Below are positions 17,742 through 27,039 of a stretch of 64,000 bases of DNA, piece after piece; the first letter of the stretch is position 1, and the number at the start of each line of letters is the position of its first letter. The translations under genes and the position numbers were made by a program. The DNA is from a bacterium (GTDB lineage Bacteria > Bacteroidota > Bacteroidia > Bacteroidales > FEN-979): contig JBAXRT010000001.1 of assembly GCA_037131065.1 (NCBI GenBank), positions 391-64,390 of the forward strand, given 5' to 3'. The notes below the pieces were generated by a model, which made no database searches, had not been told where the DNA came from, and saw nothing but the letters and a program-made list of their open reading frames with translations.

Positions 17742-18632
17742 ATGTACCTCCTGAACCGGCAGCAGCGGCATGGTGTCAATAATACATGGATGATCGTCAG
17801 TCTCCTGATCATCGCTTTCCTGCCCTTTCTTTTATTTACCGGATTGTACATGAAGTCTTTCATGCTGCTGCGTGATTACCCTATCACTGACCTCCTCTTT
17901 TCGAAGGAATGGCGCCCTTCAAGCGGTAAGTTCGGGTTCTATCCCTTCATCATCGGATCGATATGGGTAACGCTGCTGGCTATGATTATCTCCGGCCCCA
18001 TCTGTCTTCTTACCGCCATCTATGTGACACAATACACGAAAAAGTATTTCCTGCGCATCATGCACCCGGCCATCGATATACTTGCAGGGATCCCATCGGT
18101 TGTTTATGGAGTATGGGGACTGCTCGTTATCGTACCCTTCATCTCCCGTTATCTTGGTCCCTGGTTCGGGGTTGAAACCATGGGATACAGCATACTGGCT
18201 GGAGCCTTCGTCCTGGCGATCATGATCATACCGTTCATTTTGAATATCCTGATCGAAGTATTCAGGTCAGTCCCGGCCGAGCTCAAGGAGGCCTCCCTCT
18301 CGCTTGGAGCAACGGAATGGCAAACGGTGAAACATGTACTGCTAAAGAAATCCCTTCCTGGCATTATTGCCGCCTTCGGGTTCGGGCTTGCCCGGGCTTT
18401 CGGGGAGACGATGGCTGTTCTGATGGTGGTGGGGAATGTGGTGAAATTGCCGAAAAGCGTTTTTGATCCGGGTTACACCTTACCTGCCCTGATCGCTAAC
18501 AACTACGGGGAGATGCTCTCGATCCCGAGATATGACTCAGCCCTTATGTTCGCTGCACTTATCCTTTTGGCCGTCTCTCTCTTTTTTAACCTCGTCATGC
18601 ACTTTTTTATTGTAAAGTATAACAAATACTGA
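17742..18632 (+). CDS. pstC: Phosphate ABC transporter permease
   Basis: Six-TM permease with the EAA-type loop ELKEASLSLGATEWQT. Confidence 0.9.
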   Translation: MYLLNRQQRHGVNNTWMIVSLLIIAFLPFLLFTGLYMKSFMLLRDYPITDLLFSKEWRPSSGKFGFYPFIIGSIWVTLLAMIISGPICLLTAIYVTQYTKKYFLRIMHPAIDILAGIPSVVYGVWGLLVIVPFISRYLGPWFGVETMGYSILAGAFVLAIMIIPFILNILIEVFRSVPAELKEASLSLGATEWQTVKHVLLKKSLPGIIAAFGFGLARAFGETMAVLMVVGNVVKLPKSVFDPGYTLPALIANNYGEMLSIPRYDSALMFAALILLAVSLFFNLVMHFFIVKYNKY

Positions 18633-18635
18633 CCT

Positions 18636-19493
18636 TTGCGACGGATCCATAAAATAGAAGAGCGTTTTTTCAAGATCCTGATGATCCTGTCCACTTACTT
18701 CATCCTTGCAATTCTTGCCATCATCATCTATTCCGTTTTTGAAAAAGGTCTGAAAGCCATTTCATGGGAGGTGCTCACAACCATACCGAAAGGAGGATAT
18801 TACTACGGGAGGGGAGGCGGGATACTGAACGCCATTCTCGGGTCGCTCACCCTTGCCTTTGCCTCGACCATCCTTGCTTTCCTGATTGCCCTGCCGGTTG
18901 CCCTCTATATCAATGTGTTCCTGGTTAGGAAAAAGAAACTGGTGAATCTTCTACGTTTTATCCTCGACCTGATCTGGGGGATCCCATCCATTGTCTACGG
19001 AGCCTTCGGATTTTCCATGATGATTTTCCTTGGATTGCAGACCTCCCTTCTCGCAGGGATCCTGACAGTGACCCTCTTCATTCTGCCCATCATGATCCGT
19101 TCCATGGATGAGATATTGAGAATGGTTCCCATCGGGCTGGCAGAGGCTACCTATTCTCTGGGATCCAACAAGTCGGAAACAGCCTTCAAGGTTTTTACAC
19201 GTCAATCGGTTTCGGGGATCATCACGGCCATTCTCCTCTCCTTCGGAAGGGCGATCGGCGATGCAGCCTCCGTACTCTTTACTGCGGGGTACACCGATAA
19301 CCTTCCGAACTCACTCATGGAACCAGTGGCAACCCTGCCTTTGTCGATCTTCTTCCAGCTCGCTTCCCCTGTGCCGGAAGTTCAGAACCGGGCCTATGCC
19401 TCCGCACTAGTCCTTACGCTGATCATCCTGGTAGTCAGCCTCTTTTCTCGGGGACTTGGGAAAAGATATCATAAAACGAAGATTAATTTTTAA
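18636..19493 (+). CDS. pstA: Phosphate ABC transporter permease
   Basis: Permease with the EAA-type loop GLAEATYSLGSNKSET. The track start is a TTG; an ATG at 18681 is an alternative. Confidence 0.9.
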   Translation: MRRIHKIEERFFKILMILSTYFILAILAIIIYSVFEKGLKAISWEVLTTIPKGGYYYGRGGGILNAILGSLTLAFASTILAFLIALPVALYINVFLVRKKKLVNLLRFILDLIWGIPSIVYGAFGFSMMIFLGLQTSLLAGILTVTLFILPIMIRSMDEILRMVPIGLAEATYSLGSNKSETAFKVFTRQSVSGIITAILLSFGRAIGDAASVLFTAGYTDNLPNSLMEPVATLPLSIFFQLASPVPEVQNRAYASALVLTLIILVVSLFSRGLGKRYHKTKINF

Positions 19494-19503
19494 CTAATTC
19501 CGG

Positions 19504-20265
19504 ATGGACAGCAATACCAAAATACTGATCAGCAATCTCAATGTAAATGCCGGAAAGACTGCCATTCTGAAAAACATCAACATAGAGATTCCGAAGAACA
19601 AGATAACCGTGATCCTCGGTCCTTCGGGGTGCGGCAAGACCACCCTCCTTAAATGCATGAACCGCCTTACCGACCTATATCCGGAACTGAAGGTGACCGG
19701 TGAGATTTACATTGATGACCAGAATATCCTGGATCAAAAGGCTGACATTTATCAGCTCAGGCAACACATGGGCCTCCTTTCGCAACGGCCATACCCGTTG
19801 CCGATGACTATTTATAATAACATTGCCTATGCCTTGAAACTCCGTGGAGTCCATAAAAGAAGGGACCTTCATAAGCTGGTCATCGATTACCTTAAGAAAG
19901 CAAGTCTGTATGAGGAGGTCCGCAACAGACTCCGTGAACCGGCTTCAAGGCTTTCTATCGGCCAGCAACAGCGTTTGTGCCTCGCACGCGGACTGGCCGT
20001 CGATCCGGAGATTATCCTTGCCGATGAACCAACCTCGGCCCTTGATCCCATTTCCAGCCAGTTCATCGAGAAAACCTTCCTGAAGCTAAAGGAGGACTAC
20101 ACGATTGTTCTGGTAACCCATGTTCTCAGGCAGGCCAGGCGCATTGCCGATAACGTGGTCTTTATATACATGGGTGAGATCATCGAGCAGGGTGATGCTC
20201 GCCAGGTTCTTGAAAATCCGAAACAGGAAAAGACAATCCAGTACCTTGGAGGTTCTTTCAACTAG
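19504..20265 (+). CDS. pstB: Phosphate ABC transporter ATP-binding protein
   Basis: Walker A GPSGCGKTT, signature LSIGQQQRLCLAR, Walker B ILADEPTSALD. Confidence 0.95.
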   Translation: MDSNTKILISNLNVNAGKTAILKNINIEIPKNKITVILGPSGCGKTTLLKCMNRLTDLYPELKVTGEIYIDDQNILDQKADIYQLRQHMGLLSQRPYPLPMTIYNNIAYALKLRGVHKRRDLHKLVIDYLKKASLYEEVRNRLREPASRLSIGQQQRLCLARGLAVDPEIILADEPTSALDPISSQFIEKTFLKLKEDYTIVLVTHVLRQARRIADNVVFIYMGEIIEQGDARQVLENPKQEKTIQYLGGSFN

Positions 20266-21208
20266 ACAGCCTTCCCTGCCAGGTTTGCTGCCTCTCCAGC
20301 TCCTTTTCTATCAGCCTTAACACTGCGTCGTAGCGGATCAGTCCCCATGCGCTCTCATGAAGCAGCCGGGGAGGAACCTCCCCCGAAAATCGTTCAATAA
20401 CCACCGCCGGGTTAAGATGCTCAATAAAGGAGATGATAAACCGGATATAATCTTCCAGAGTGAAGAGATGAAAATCAGCGGGGTTCTCCAGAAACTCTTT
20501 CTCCAATTTGGTTCTTTTAACGATCTGAAGCTGGTGAAATTTGATGGTATCGACCGGCAGGGTTGATATGGTTGCTGCTTCGTCGCTCATTTCATCAAGA
20601 CTTTCACCCGGCAACCCGAATATGAAGTGAGCCCCTGTCCTGATTCCCAGCCGGTGGCTCTTTTCAATCACCTCGCGGCTCAGGGCAAAATCATGACCCC
20701 GGTTGATCCTGTGGAGGGTCCGGTCGTAACACGACTCCACACCATATTCAACCTGGATGAAATATCGTTGTGAGAGTTCTGCAAGGTATTCCAGCTTTTC
20801 ATCATCCACACAATCGGGCCGGGTCCCGATCACCAGTCCGACAACGCCGGGAAAGGAGAGCGCCTCAGTATAGAGCCTCCTCAGGTCGGAAAGTGGAGCA
20901 TAGGTATTGGAGTAAGGCTGGAAATAGACCAGGAATTTCCTGGCCCTGCGGTAACGAACTGCATGAAACTCAATCCCCTTCGCAATCTGTTCGTGAAGGG
21001 GCTCCTTCGGGTTGCAATAGGAGGGGTTGAAGGCATCGTTGTCGCAGTAGGTGCATCCACCGGTGCTCTTTGAACCATCGCGGTTCGGACATGTAAAACC
21101 GGCGTCAACGACAACTTTCTGAATTCTTCCGCCGAAAGTTTTCCTTACATATTCCGTGTAGGAATTGAACCTGCGATTATGTCCCCAAACAAACGGTTCT
21201 TCCTTCAA
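20258..21208 (-). CDS. Radical SAM protein, TIGR01212 family
   Basis: FGGRIQKVVVDAGFTCPNRDGSKSTGGCTYCDN is characteristic of this family. The track ORF start (21370) would overlap the upstream POT gene. Start trimmed to an in-frame TTG (residue L55), which is uncertain. Confidence 0.75.
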   Translation of the reverse strand: MKEEPFVWGHNRRFNSYTEYVRKTFGGRIQKVVVDAGFTCPNRDGSKSTGGCTYCDNDAFNPSYCNPKEPLHEQIAKGIEFHAVRYRRARKFLVYFQPYSNTYAPLSDLRRLYTEALSFPGVVGLVIGTRPDCVDDEKLEYLAELSQRYFIQVEYGVESCYDRTLHRINRGHDFALSREVIEKSHRLGIRTGAHFIFGLPGESLDEMSDEAATISTLPVDTIKFHQLQIVKRTKLEKEFLENPADFHLFTLEDYIRFIISFIEHLNPAVVIERFSGEVPPRLLHESAWGLIRYDAVLRLIEKELERQQTWQGRLSS

Positions 21209-21285
21209 AATTCGTTGTTCAATATTAAAAAAAATCCGGCGAAGGATTGCTTCGCCGGACAAAGATAACAAGGATCGGTGATCTT

Positions 21286-23109
21286 TTATTTGGTTGCGGC
21301 CTCCAGGCGTTTCATGATTGAGAAAATGAATACTGCAGAAAGGATGCAGCAAACGATGAAAATCGACCACAATTGCCAGAGATCAAGTACTCCCCAGAAT
21401 TTACTTCCAACAAAGAGGAACTTGTTCCCGACTGCGGTTGCCAGCAGCCAGCCTCCCTGCATCAATCCCTGGAATCTAGGGGGGGCCACTTTTGAAACAA
21501 AGGATAAACCCATAGGGCTCAGGAACAGTTCGGCGATGGTCAGTACAAGATAGCCGCTGATAAGCCAGTAGGGCACAACCCGCGAAGAATCTGGCACCGG
21601 GTTGTATTTTGTTGCCCCTGTAGCATCAACATATTGCAGTTCATGGGGAGAGACAAGGCCGATGGAAGCCACAAGGACGATCATGAAACCGATGGCTGCA
21701 ATGATCATCCCGATCCCGATCTTCTTGGGTGCCGATGGTTCAAGGTTCTTCTTGTTGAGCCATGCAAAAACTCCCATGACCGGGAAGGTCAGCGATACGA
21801 TAAAGAGTGGGTTGAACGACTGGAATACTTCAGGTGCGATAGGATTGCTTGAATTGGCCTGTGTAATAAAATAATAACACAAAGCACCAAGTCCGAGGAA
21901 CATTGCTGCACCGACCAGTCTCTGAGTCATGTTTTTCCTGAAAATCATTACGAAACCTGCAACAGCACCGATAAATACCAGGATCGATTCAAGATTGAAG
22001 AAAATGTTGGTAAAGGCACCGACCTCCTTCACGGTATAATCACGGGCAAAGAAGGTAAGGGTCAGCCCGTTCTGGTGAAACGACATCCAGAAGAAAATAA
22101 CAACCACGAAAACCATGATGAGGGAGGTCACCCTCGGCCGCTCCTCCTTCGTGGAGACCTGTAACATGATGGCGATAAAGCCGATAAAGAGCCCCACTGC
22201 GGCTCCCAGGGCTGCGGCATCTTTCACAGTATTCCTGAGCAGGAAATAAAAAATCACTGAGGTGGTGATCATCAATCCGCCACCCAGAAGGAAACTGGCG
22301 ATATTGGTGTTAGCTTTTGGTTTATCTGAAGCTGCATTTTTTATCTTCTCAACACTGGGAAGCAATTTATTAAATATGATGTATACAAGCAAGGAAACCA
22401 CCATGGCACCGGCGGCGATCCCGAAGGCGTAGTTGTATCCTCTTGAGAAGGCATCGAGATAGTGCTGGGCGAAACCGGTCAGATCTGCAACGCTGGTTCC
22501 ACTTACTTTATCTGCCAGTTCCTGGAACTTGGAAACGTCCTGCAACGTTCCCTTCTGATATGCATGACACATGGCAGGAAGACTTCCGTCGTGAAGGAAT
22601 CCCTGGGTCTTCAGGAACCAGTTCCTGATCCCGGTGGCAACGAACGGAGCAAAAAAGGCGCCGATGTTGATCCCCATGTAAAAGATCATGAAGGCTGAGT
22701 CGCGGACTTTTGAATATTTCGGATCATCATAAAGCTGTCCGACGACCGCCTGCAAATTGCCTTTGAACAGCCCGTTCCCGAAAGCAATGGTGAATAAGCC
22801 GATCAGGGTGATCGCCAGTGGGTTGCCCGGGAGGGCCATGATCACGTACCCGGCAAACATAACGATGATGCCTGCAAGAATAACGGTCTTGTACTTTCGT
22901 GAAGTATCAGCCAAAAGCCCGCCAACCAGGGCAAGGGCATAGATGCCAAAATAGAACCAGCTGTAGTAATTGCCTGCGTCTTCTTCTGAGAGACCATACC
23001 TGGCCTGGAGAAAAAGGACCAGGATTGCCATCATGGTGTAGAATCCGAAGCGTTCACCCATATTCGAGAAAAACGCCACGAAAAGTCCTTTGGGATGTCC
23101 TTTGAACAT
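21286..23109 (-). CDS. Proton-dependent oligopeptide transporter (POT/PTR2 family)
   Basis: HPKGLFVAFFSNMGERFGFYTMMAILVLFL and FYFGIYALALVGGLLAD PTR2-type motifs, with 12 or more TM helices. Confidence 0.9.
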   Translation of the reverse strand: MFKGHPKGLFVAFFSNMGERFGFYTMMAILVLFLQARYGLSEEDAGNYYSWFYFGIYALALVGGLLADTSRKYKTVILAGIIVMFAGYVIMALPGNPLAITLIGLFTIAFGNGLFKGNLQAVVGQLYDDPKYSKVRDSAFMIFYMGINIGAFFAPFVATGIRNWFLKTQGFLHDGSLPAMCHAYQKGTLQDVSKFQELADKVSGTSVADLTGFAQHYLDAFSRGYNYAFGIAAGAMVVSLLVYIIFNKLLPSVEKIKNAASDKPKANTNIASFLLGGGLMITTSVIFYFLLRNTVKDAAALGAAVGLFIGFIAIMLQVSTKEERPRVTSLIMVFVVVIFFWMSFHQNGLTLTFFARDYTVKEVGAFTNIFFNLESILVFIGAVAGFVMIFRKNMTQRLVGAAMFLGLGALCYYFITQANSSNPIAPEVFQSFNPLFIVSLTFPVMGVFAWLNKKNLEPSAPKKIGIGMIIAAIGFMIVLVASIGLVSPHELQYVDATGATKYNPVPDSSRVVPYWLISGYLVLTIAELFLSPMGLSFVSKVAPPRFQGLMQGGWLLATAVGNKFLFVGSKFWGVLDLWQLWSIFIVCCILSAVFIFSIMKRLEAATK

Positions 23110-23159
23110 AATTGTCTTGATTTAGTGAATACTCATTATTCTGAGAGGGAAGTAAATTG

Positions 23160-23167
23160 CAAAAATA
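23160..23167 (-). promoter_or_regulatory. Candidate -7 box TATTTTTG (reverse strand) for the POT transporter gene
   Basis: TAnnTTTG match, 50 nt upstream of the ATG at 23109. Confidence 0.4.
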
Positions 23168-23196
23168 ATCAAATTTGCATATGATCAAAATCCCGA

Positions 23197-23220
23197 GATC
23201 GTAAATCGTCTAATTCGTAA
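23197..23220. repeat. Short degenerate tandem tract of (A)ATCGT-type units (GATCGTA AATCGTC TAATTCGT AA)
   Basis: Read directly. It lies in the divergent region between the POT gene and the ECF sigma gene and shares the AAATCGT unit with the arrays at 7485 and 23998. Confidence 0.5.
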
Positions 23221-23269
23221 ATGAATAGACGATGTAATAAATATAGAATTTGAACGTCTAACTCTCCGT

Positions 23270-23785
23270 ATGAACCTCCAGGATTTTCAGAAAACGGTCT
23301 ACCCTTTGAAAGATAAACTCTTCCGCTTTTCGAAACGATTGCTTGAGCGGACCGAAGAGGCGGAAGATATTGTCCAGGAGGTCTTCATCAGGTTATGGAA
23401 CCGGCGTGAAAAACTGGATGAATACAGGAGCGTGGAGGCACTTGCGATGATAACAGCAAAAAACCTCTGCCTCGATAAACTGAGGACTCGGCGGTTTGCT
23501 TTAGAGAGCCTGGATGATAAGAAGAGTTATATCGACCGGATACCGGGGGAGACCAGGGCTGACCATTCAGACCTCATCCATGGGATACACCAGGCCATCC
23601 GCCAGCTTCCCGAACTGCAGCAGATGGTCATCCACCTTCGCGATATCGAGGAGTATGAGTTTGATCAGATCGCCGAGATGCTGGAGATGAATGAAAATGC
23701 AGTGAGGGTAAACTTGTCGAGGGCCAGGAAAAGGGTCCGTGAAATATTGACTAACGCCAAAGTATATGAATACCAGAGAAATTGA
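23270..23785 (+). CDS. ECF-type RNA polymerase sigma-70 factor
   Basis: Region 2 (AEDIVQEVFIRLW) and region 4 (MVIHLRDIEEYEFDQIAEMLEMNENAVRVNLSRARKR). Confidence 0.9.
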   Translation: MNLQDFQKTVYPLKDKLFRFSKRLLERTEEAEDIVQEVFIRLWNRREKLDEYRSVEALAMITAKNLCLDKLRTRRFALESLDDKKSYIDRIPGETRADHSDLIHGIHQAIRQLPELQQMVIHLRDIEEYEFDQIAEMLEMNENAVRVNLSRARKRVREILTNAKVYEYQRN

Positions 23786-24362
23786 GAAACTGCTTGAAAG
23801 GTACGAGGAAGGACTGACCTCCATCCCCGAGGAAAAGCTGCTGAAGGAGTTCTTCAGTGGAAGCGATGTGCCTGAGCACCTCCGTCCCTACGCCTCCTTA
23901 TTCAACTATTTCGACCAGTCAAAATCCGAAACGATTACCAATCCTGATTTCGATGTTAAAACGGACCATCTTCTTTCACACCCAAATCTAAAATCTGAAA
24001 TCGTAAATCGTAAATCCATCCGTCACTCGTCACTCGTCATTCGTCATTCGTCACTCGTCACTCGTCACTATGCCTTGGGTATTGCCGCCTCTGTTCTTCT
24101 AATTGTCGGACTCTTCTTTACTTTCCGCCAGGACATTTTCAGAAAGAAAAACACGGTGACCTATACCGAACAGCAGGAACAGGCTTATGCCGAGGTCCAA
24201 AAGGCGCTTTATACGGTTTCTGCCAACTTAAACATTGGACTTGACCAGTTCCGGCGCCTCGAGCCGATCGGGAAAGCCGTTGACCAGGTACAAAAAATTT
24301 CAAAGTTCTATCAATACCAGCCCATCATTATTAACCCGGACACCCCCACAGTACGTCCATAA
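23766..24362 (+). CDS. Probable single-pass anti-sigma-like partner of the ECF sigma (hypothetical)
   Basis: Overlaps the sigma gene stop by 20 nt. It has a soluble N-terminus followed by one TM (YALGIAASVLLIVGLFF). An 84-bp heptamer array is embedded in-frame just before the TM. Confidence 0.55.
   Translation: MNTREIEKLLERYEEGLTSIPEEKLLKEFFSGSDVPEHLRPYASLFNYFDQSKSETITNPDFDVKTDHLLSHPNLKSEIVNRKSIRHSSLVIRHSSLVTRHYALGIAASVLLIVGLFFTFRQDIFRKKNTVTYTEQQEQAYAEVQKALYTVSANLNIGLDQFRRLEPIGKAVDQVQKISKFYQYQPIIINPDTPTVRP
23984..24067. repeat. Heptamer tandem array, 12 phase-coherent units inside a CDS: AAATCTA AAATCTG AAATCGT x2 AAATCCA TCCGTCA CTCGTCA x2 TTCGTCA x2 CTCGTCA x2
   Basis: Read directly and anchored to the ORF frame. 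It is 84 bp (4 x 21), so the reading frame is preserved. It encodes NLKSEIVNRKSIRHSSLVIRHSSLVTRH. Confidence 0.9.
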
Positions 24363-24375
24363 AATCCAACCAATC

Positions 24376-24933
24376 ATGAAAAAGTCAGTTTTAAATTTTG
24401 CTATTATCGCATTCCTCTTCATCTCTTCTTTGGCGAATGCTCAAAGCCCGATCGATAAGGTTTTTGATAAATATGTCGGTCAGGATGGTTTTACTACGGT
24501 AAATATCTCCAAAGAGATGTTCCAGATGCTTCAACAAATGGCTGCAGGTTCAGCAAACGATTCCAGTGCAAGGGAGCTTAAGGCTATCGCTGACCAGCTC
24601 ACCGGTCTGAAGGTCCTCAGTTTCAGCTTCGATTCAGCCAACGTTGTTAAAGCCGTTGCAGTATATAATGAATTTGCGGGCGTTTTCCCTGCCGGCACAT
24701 ACAAGGATCTGATGACGATCAACGAGGGCAGGGAGTATGTCAAGTTTATGACCAAACAGGAACCTTCAGGTAAAGTAACAGAAATGGTTATGCTTGCAAA
24801 AGATAAGCACGAAGTGACTGTTCTTAGCCTGACCGGCAACATCGACCTTGCCAATCTTTCGAAACTCTCCAAAGGAATGAATATTCATGGGATGGAGAAC
24901 TTCCAGAAGATGAAACAGTCACATAAAAAATAG
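24376..24933 (+). CDS. Secreted DUF4252-like protein (typical third gene of Bacteroidota ECF sigma modules)
   Basis: Start trimmed to MKKSVLNFAIIAFLFISSLANAQ. SPIDKVFDKYVGQDGFTTVNISKEMF resembles DUF4252 N-termini (recognised from memory). Confidence 0.65.
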   Translation: MKKSVLNFAIIAFLFISSLANAQSPIDKVFDKYVGQDGFTTVNISKEMFQMLQQMAAGSANDSSARELKAIADQLTGLKVLSFSFDSANVVKAVAVYNEFAGVFPAGTYKDLMTINEGREYVKFMTKQEPSGKVTEMVMLAKDKHEVTVLSLTGNIDLANLSKLSKGMNIHGMENFQKMKQSHKK

Positions 24934-24954
24934 ATTTTACGTTTTTGGTTAATC

Positions 24955-24986
24955 GGAGGGTACGATCAATTGTATCCTCCTTTTTT
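24955..24986 (+). terminator. Rho-independent terminator after the DUF4252-like gene
   Basis: Stem GGAGGGTAC / GTATCCTCC (one G-U pair), an 8-nt loop, then TTTTTT. Confidence 0.6.
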
Positions 24987-27039
24987 ATAATCCGAGAAGG
25001 AGCTGTACCGACAGCTCATATTTTTTGTTTCCGGTAATCTCATCCAGTCCCGAACCCATCACATCCCGGTCGTGGTACTCTGTCATGGCACCCCTGATCC
25101 ACCAGCTTAGATTCCGCGTGACCTTTCCGCTCACCAGAAGGCATATCCTGTAACCGTTCCCGAAAAAGGAGGGTACTGAATAACCAAGCAATACTTCGGG
25201 TTCATAGGTATAGATCCGTTGTGAATATCCAGGGATATTGAAAAAGGCATATCTCAGTACGAAACTTGCGGGGAACCTCTCCGGCTTGAGGCTGATATCC
25301 TGGTAAAAAAGATAACCTGAATGCCATCCTTCCGGACCACCCCTGGTCATATTTACCTCAAAACGGCTTCTCAGCAGGATGGCCGGAACAGGGTTCCAGG
25401 TTGCCATGAAACGAAGATTCTGCCTTCTGAATTCGCCCGTCTCAGGGATTACGGGAACATCACCAGGGGTGGAGATAGGTGATATGATATAAAAGAAACG
25501 AACCGAAAGAAGGAAGACCCGCGTGACCGGGCTCGTGGCCTGGATCCCGCATTCAAAACCATACGATGGACTGTTGATGCCATATTTCAGCCATGGGAAG
25601 CGATAGATATCAGCATAAGTGGCAAGGGATAATTTTGAGTGCAGCCCTGCGCTGATATTAAAATATAGTCCCTGCTCATTGACATTCATGCTTTGCTGGC
25701 CGAACGAGTTAGAAAAAAGGTTCTGATAGCCGGGTTGGTAATTCCTTACAAGACAGGTGATCTTTACCCTTGGATCGGGATCGGTCACAAGACCCGCCAG
25801 CCAGGCGATCCCGCCGTTGGCACTCCGGCTGATCTCTCCGAAAAGATATACCTTCCTCAGTTTTATCTGGTAGTCCATGCCAAAATTCGCATTCTCCTTA
25901 CCATAAAGGGAGAAGAGTTTATACGGTTCATCCTGACGGGCAAGCAACCCGGACCATCGCAGATAATATCCCGTCAGCCCAATCCTGAAGAAATTTCCTG
26001 TAAAATTCACATTTCCCCCGGCGATCAGCTCGGATATGCTGTTCCTGTCCTCCAGTTCAGCCTCTGTCCGGTGCAGCCCGCTTGACTGCATGGAGCTCAC
26101 TTCGACAGCTTCGCCGGTAACAGTGTCTGTAACTGTAATGTTGCCGTCGCGTCGGTGCCATGAGAAAAATCCCGTCACAGAGAAACGTTTGAACTGGGCC
26201 GTGGCAGCGATCCCCCGCAGGTAGTTGCCTTCCGACATGCTCAGCGTCCCCTTTACGCTGCCAGCCGTAATGCTTCCAGGCGTAAAACCCGGCATGGTTC
26301 CTCCCGAAAGCCCTGTTCCGAAAGTAAGCCCTTGTCCGAATCCGGCCCTGAAGTTGCCGATCACCAGGTTCTTCAGCCAACCGGTGTTGGTCAGGGAAAT
26401 AAATCCCGAGTAAAAGTCCATCCCCATCGATTGAGCACCTCTAAAGAACTGCTCCCCCGGATCCTTTTCCCCGGCAAAACCAATCCGGAGCCGGTCGAAA
26501 TAGGTGGCTGTATAACGGAAGTAGTATCGCTGAGGATAACCCGGGTAACCAACTGCCGGCTCCGAAGTCGCAGTGTCATGGATCACATACCCTTTACTCT
26601 TGGGAAAGATCTGCCCGTAGCGGAGCAACAGGTCATGCCGTGTAAGTTTCACGAGGTTCTTCGGTGTGATGGGAGGCGTTTTTGGTAAAGGTTTAATTAT
26701 GATGTAAGGACCAATTGACCGGAGGAAGGTCGAATCAAATCCTGGGATGGCGGCCAGTTCATTCACCGACAGAATCTCGCCGTAATTTTTCCTGTAATCA
26801 AGGAAAAACCGCACTTTACGTTCGTCAAATCCCGGGATCTTTTTTAACTCCTCCGGATCTGCCAGGTTCAGGTTCACAGGGTTTGTTTCCCCCAGTCCGG
26901 CATCTTCCAGGATTTCGGAAACGTCAGTGATCTGTTCATCTCTCTCCAGCATCTTTTCGATCACATCTTCCACCTGCGATTGTGCGAAGAGGGGCAGGAG
27001 ATGAATTAACAATCCGGTCAGAAATAAAATCCACCTCAT
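24985..27039 (-). CDS. Secreted protein with N-terminal tandem helix-hairpin-helix (ComEA-like) motifs and a large beta-barrel-like C-terminal body
   Basis: Signal peptide MRWILFLTGLLIHLLPLFAQ. HhH-like segments LKKIPGFDERKVRFFLDYRKNYG and LAAIPGFDSTFLRSIGPYI. These are followed by ~560 aa rich in alternating aromatic/Gly beta-strand patterns. Confidence 0.6.
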   Translation of the reverse strand: MRWILFLTGLLIHLLPLFAQSQVEDVIEKMLERDEQITDVSEILEDAGLGETNPVNLNLADPEELKKIPGFDERKVRFFLDYRKNYGEILSVNELAAIPGFDSTFLRSIGPYIIIKPLPKTPPITPKNLVKLTRHDLLLRYGQIFPKSKGYVIHDTATSEPAVGYPGYPQRYYFRYTATYFDRLRIGFAGEKDPGEQFFRGAQSMGMDFYSGFISLTNTGWLKNLVIGNFRAGFGQGLTFGTGLSGGTMPGFTPGSITAGSVKGTLSMSEGNYLRGIAATAQFKRFSVTGFFSWHRRDGNITVTDTVTGEAVEVSSMQSSGLHRTEAELEDRNSISELIAGGNVNFTGNFFRIGLTGYYLRWSGLLARQDEPYKLFSLYGKENANFGMDYQIKLRKVYLFGEISRSANGGIAWLAGLVTDPDPRVKITCLVRNYQPGYQNLFSNSFGQQSMNVNEQGLYFNISAGLHSKLSLATYADIYRFPWLKYGINSPSYGFECGIQATSPVTRVFLLSVRFFYIISPISTPGDVPVIPETGEFRRQNLRFMATWNPVPAILLRSRFEVNMTRGGPEGWHSGYLFYQDISLKPERFPASFVLRYAFFNIPGYSQRIYTYEPEVLLGYSVPSFFGNGYRICLLVSGKVTRNLSWWIRGAMTEYHDRDVMGSGLDEITGNKKYELSVQLLLGL

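Noticed and set aside
20258-20265. 8-nt overlap of the convergent 3' ends of pstB and the radical SAM gene
   Set aside because: Small convergent overlaps are common in compact genomes. There is no associated structure or repeat, so it is not considered meaningful.
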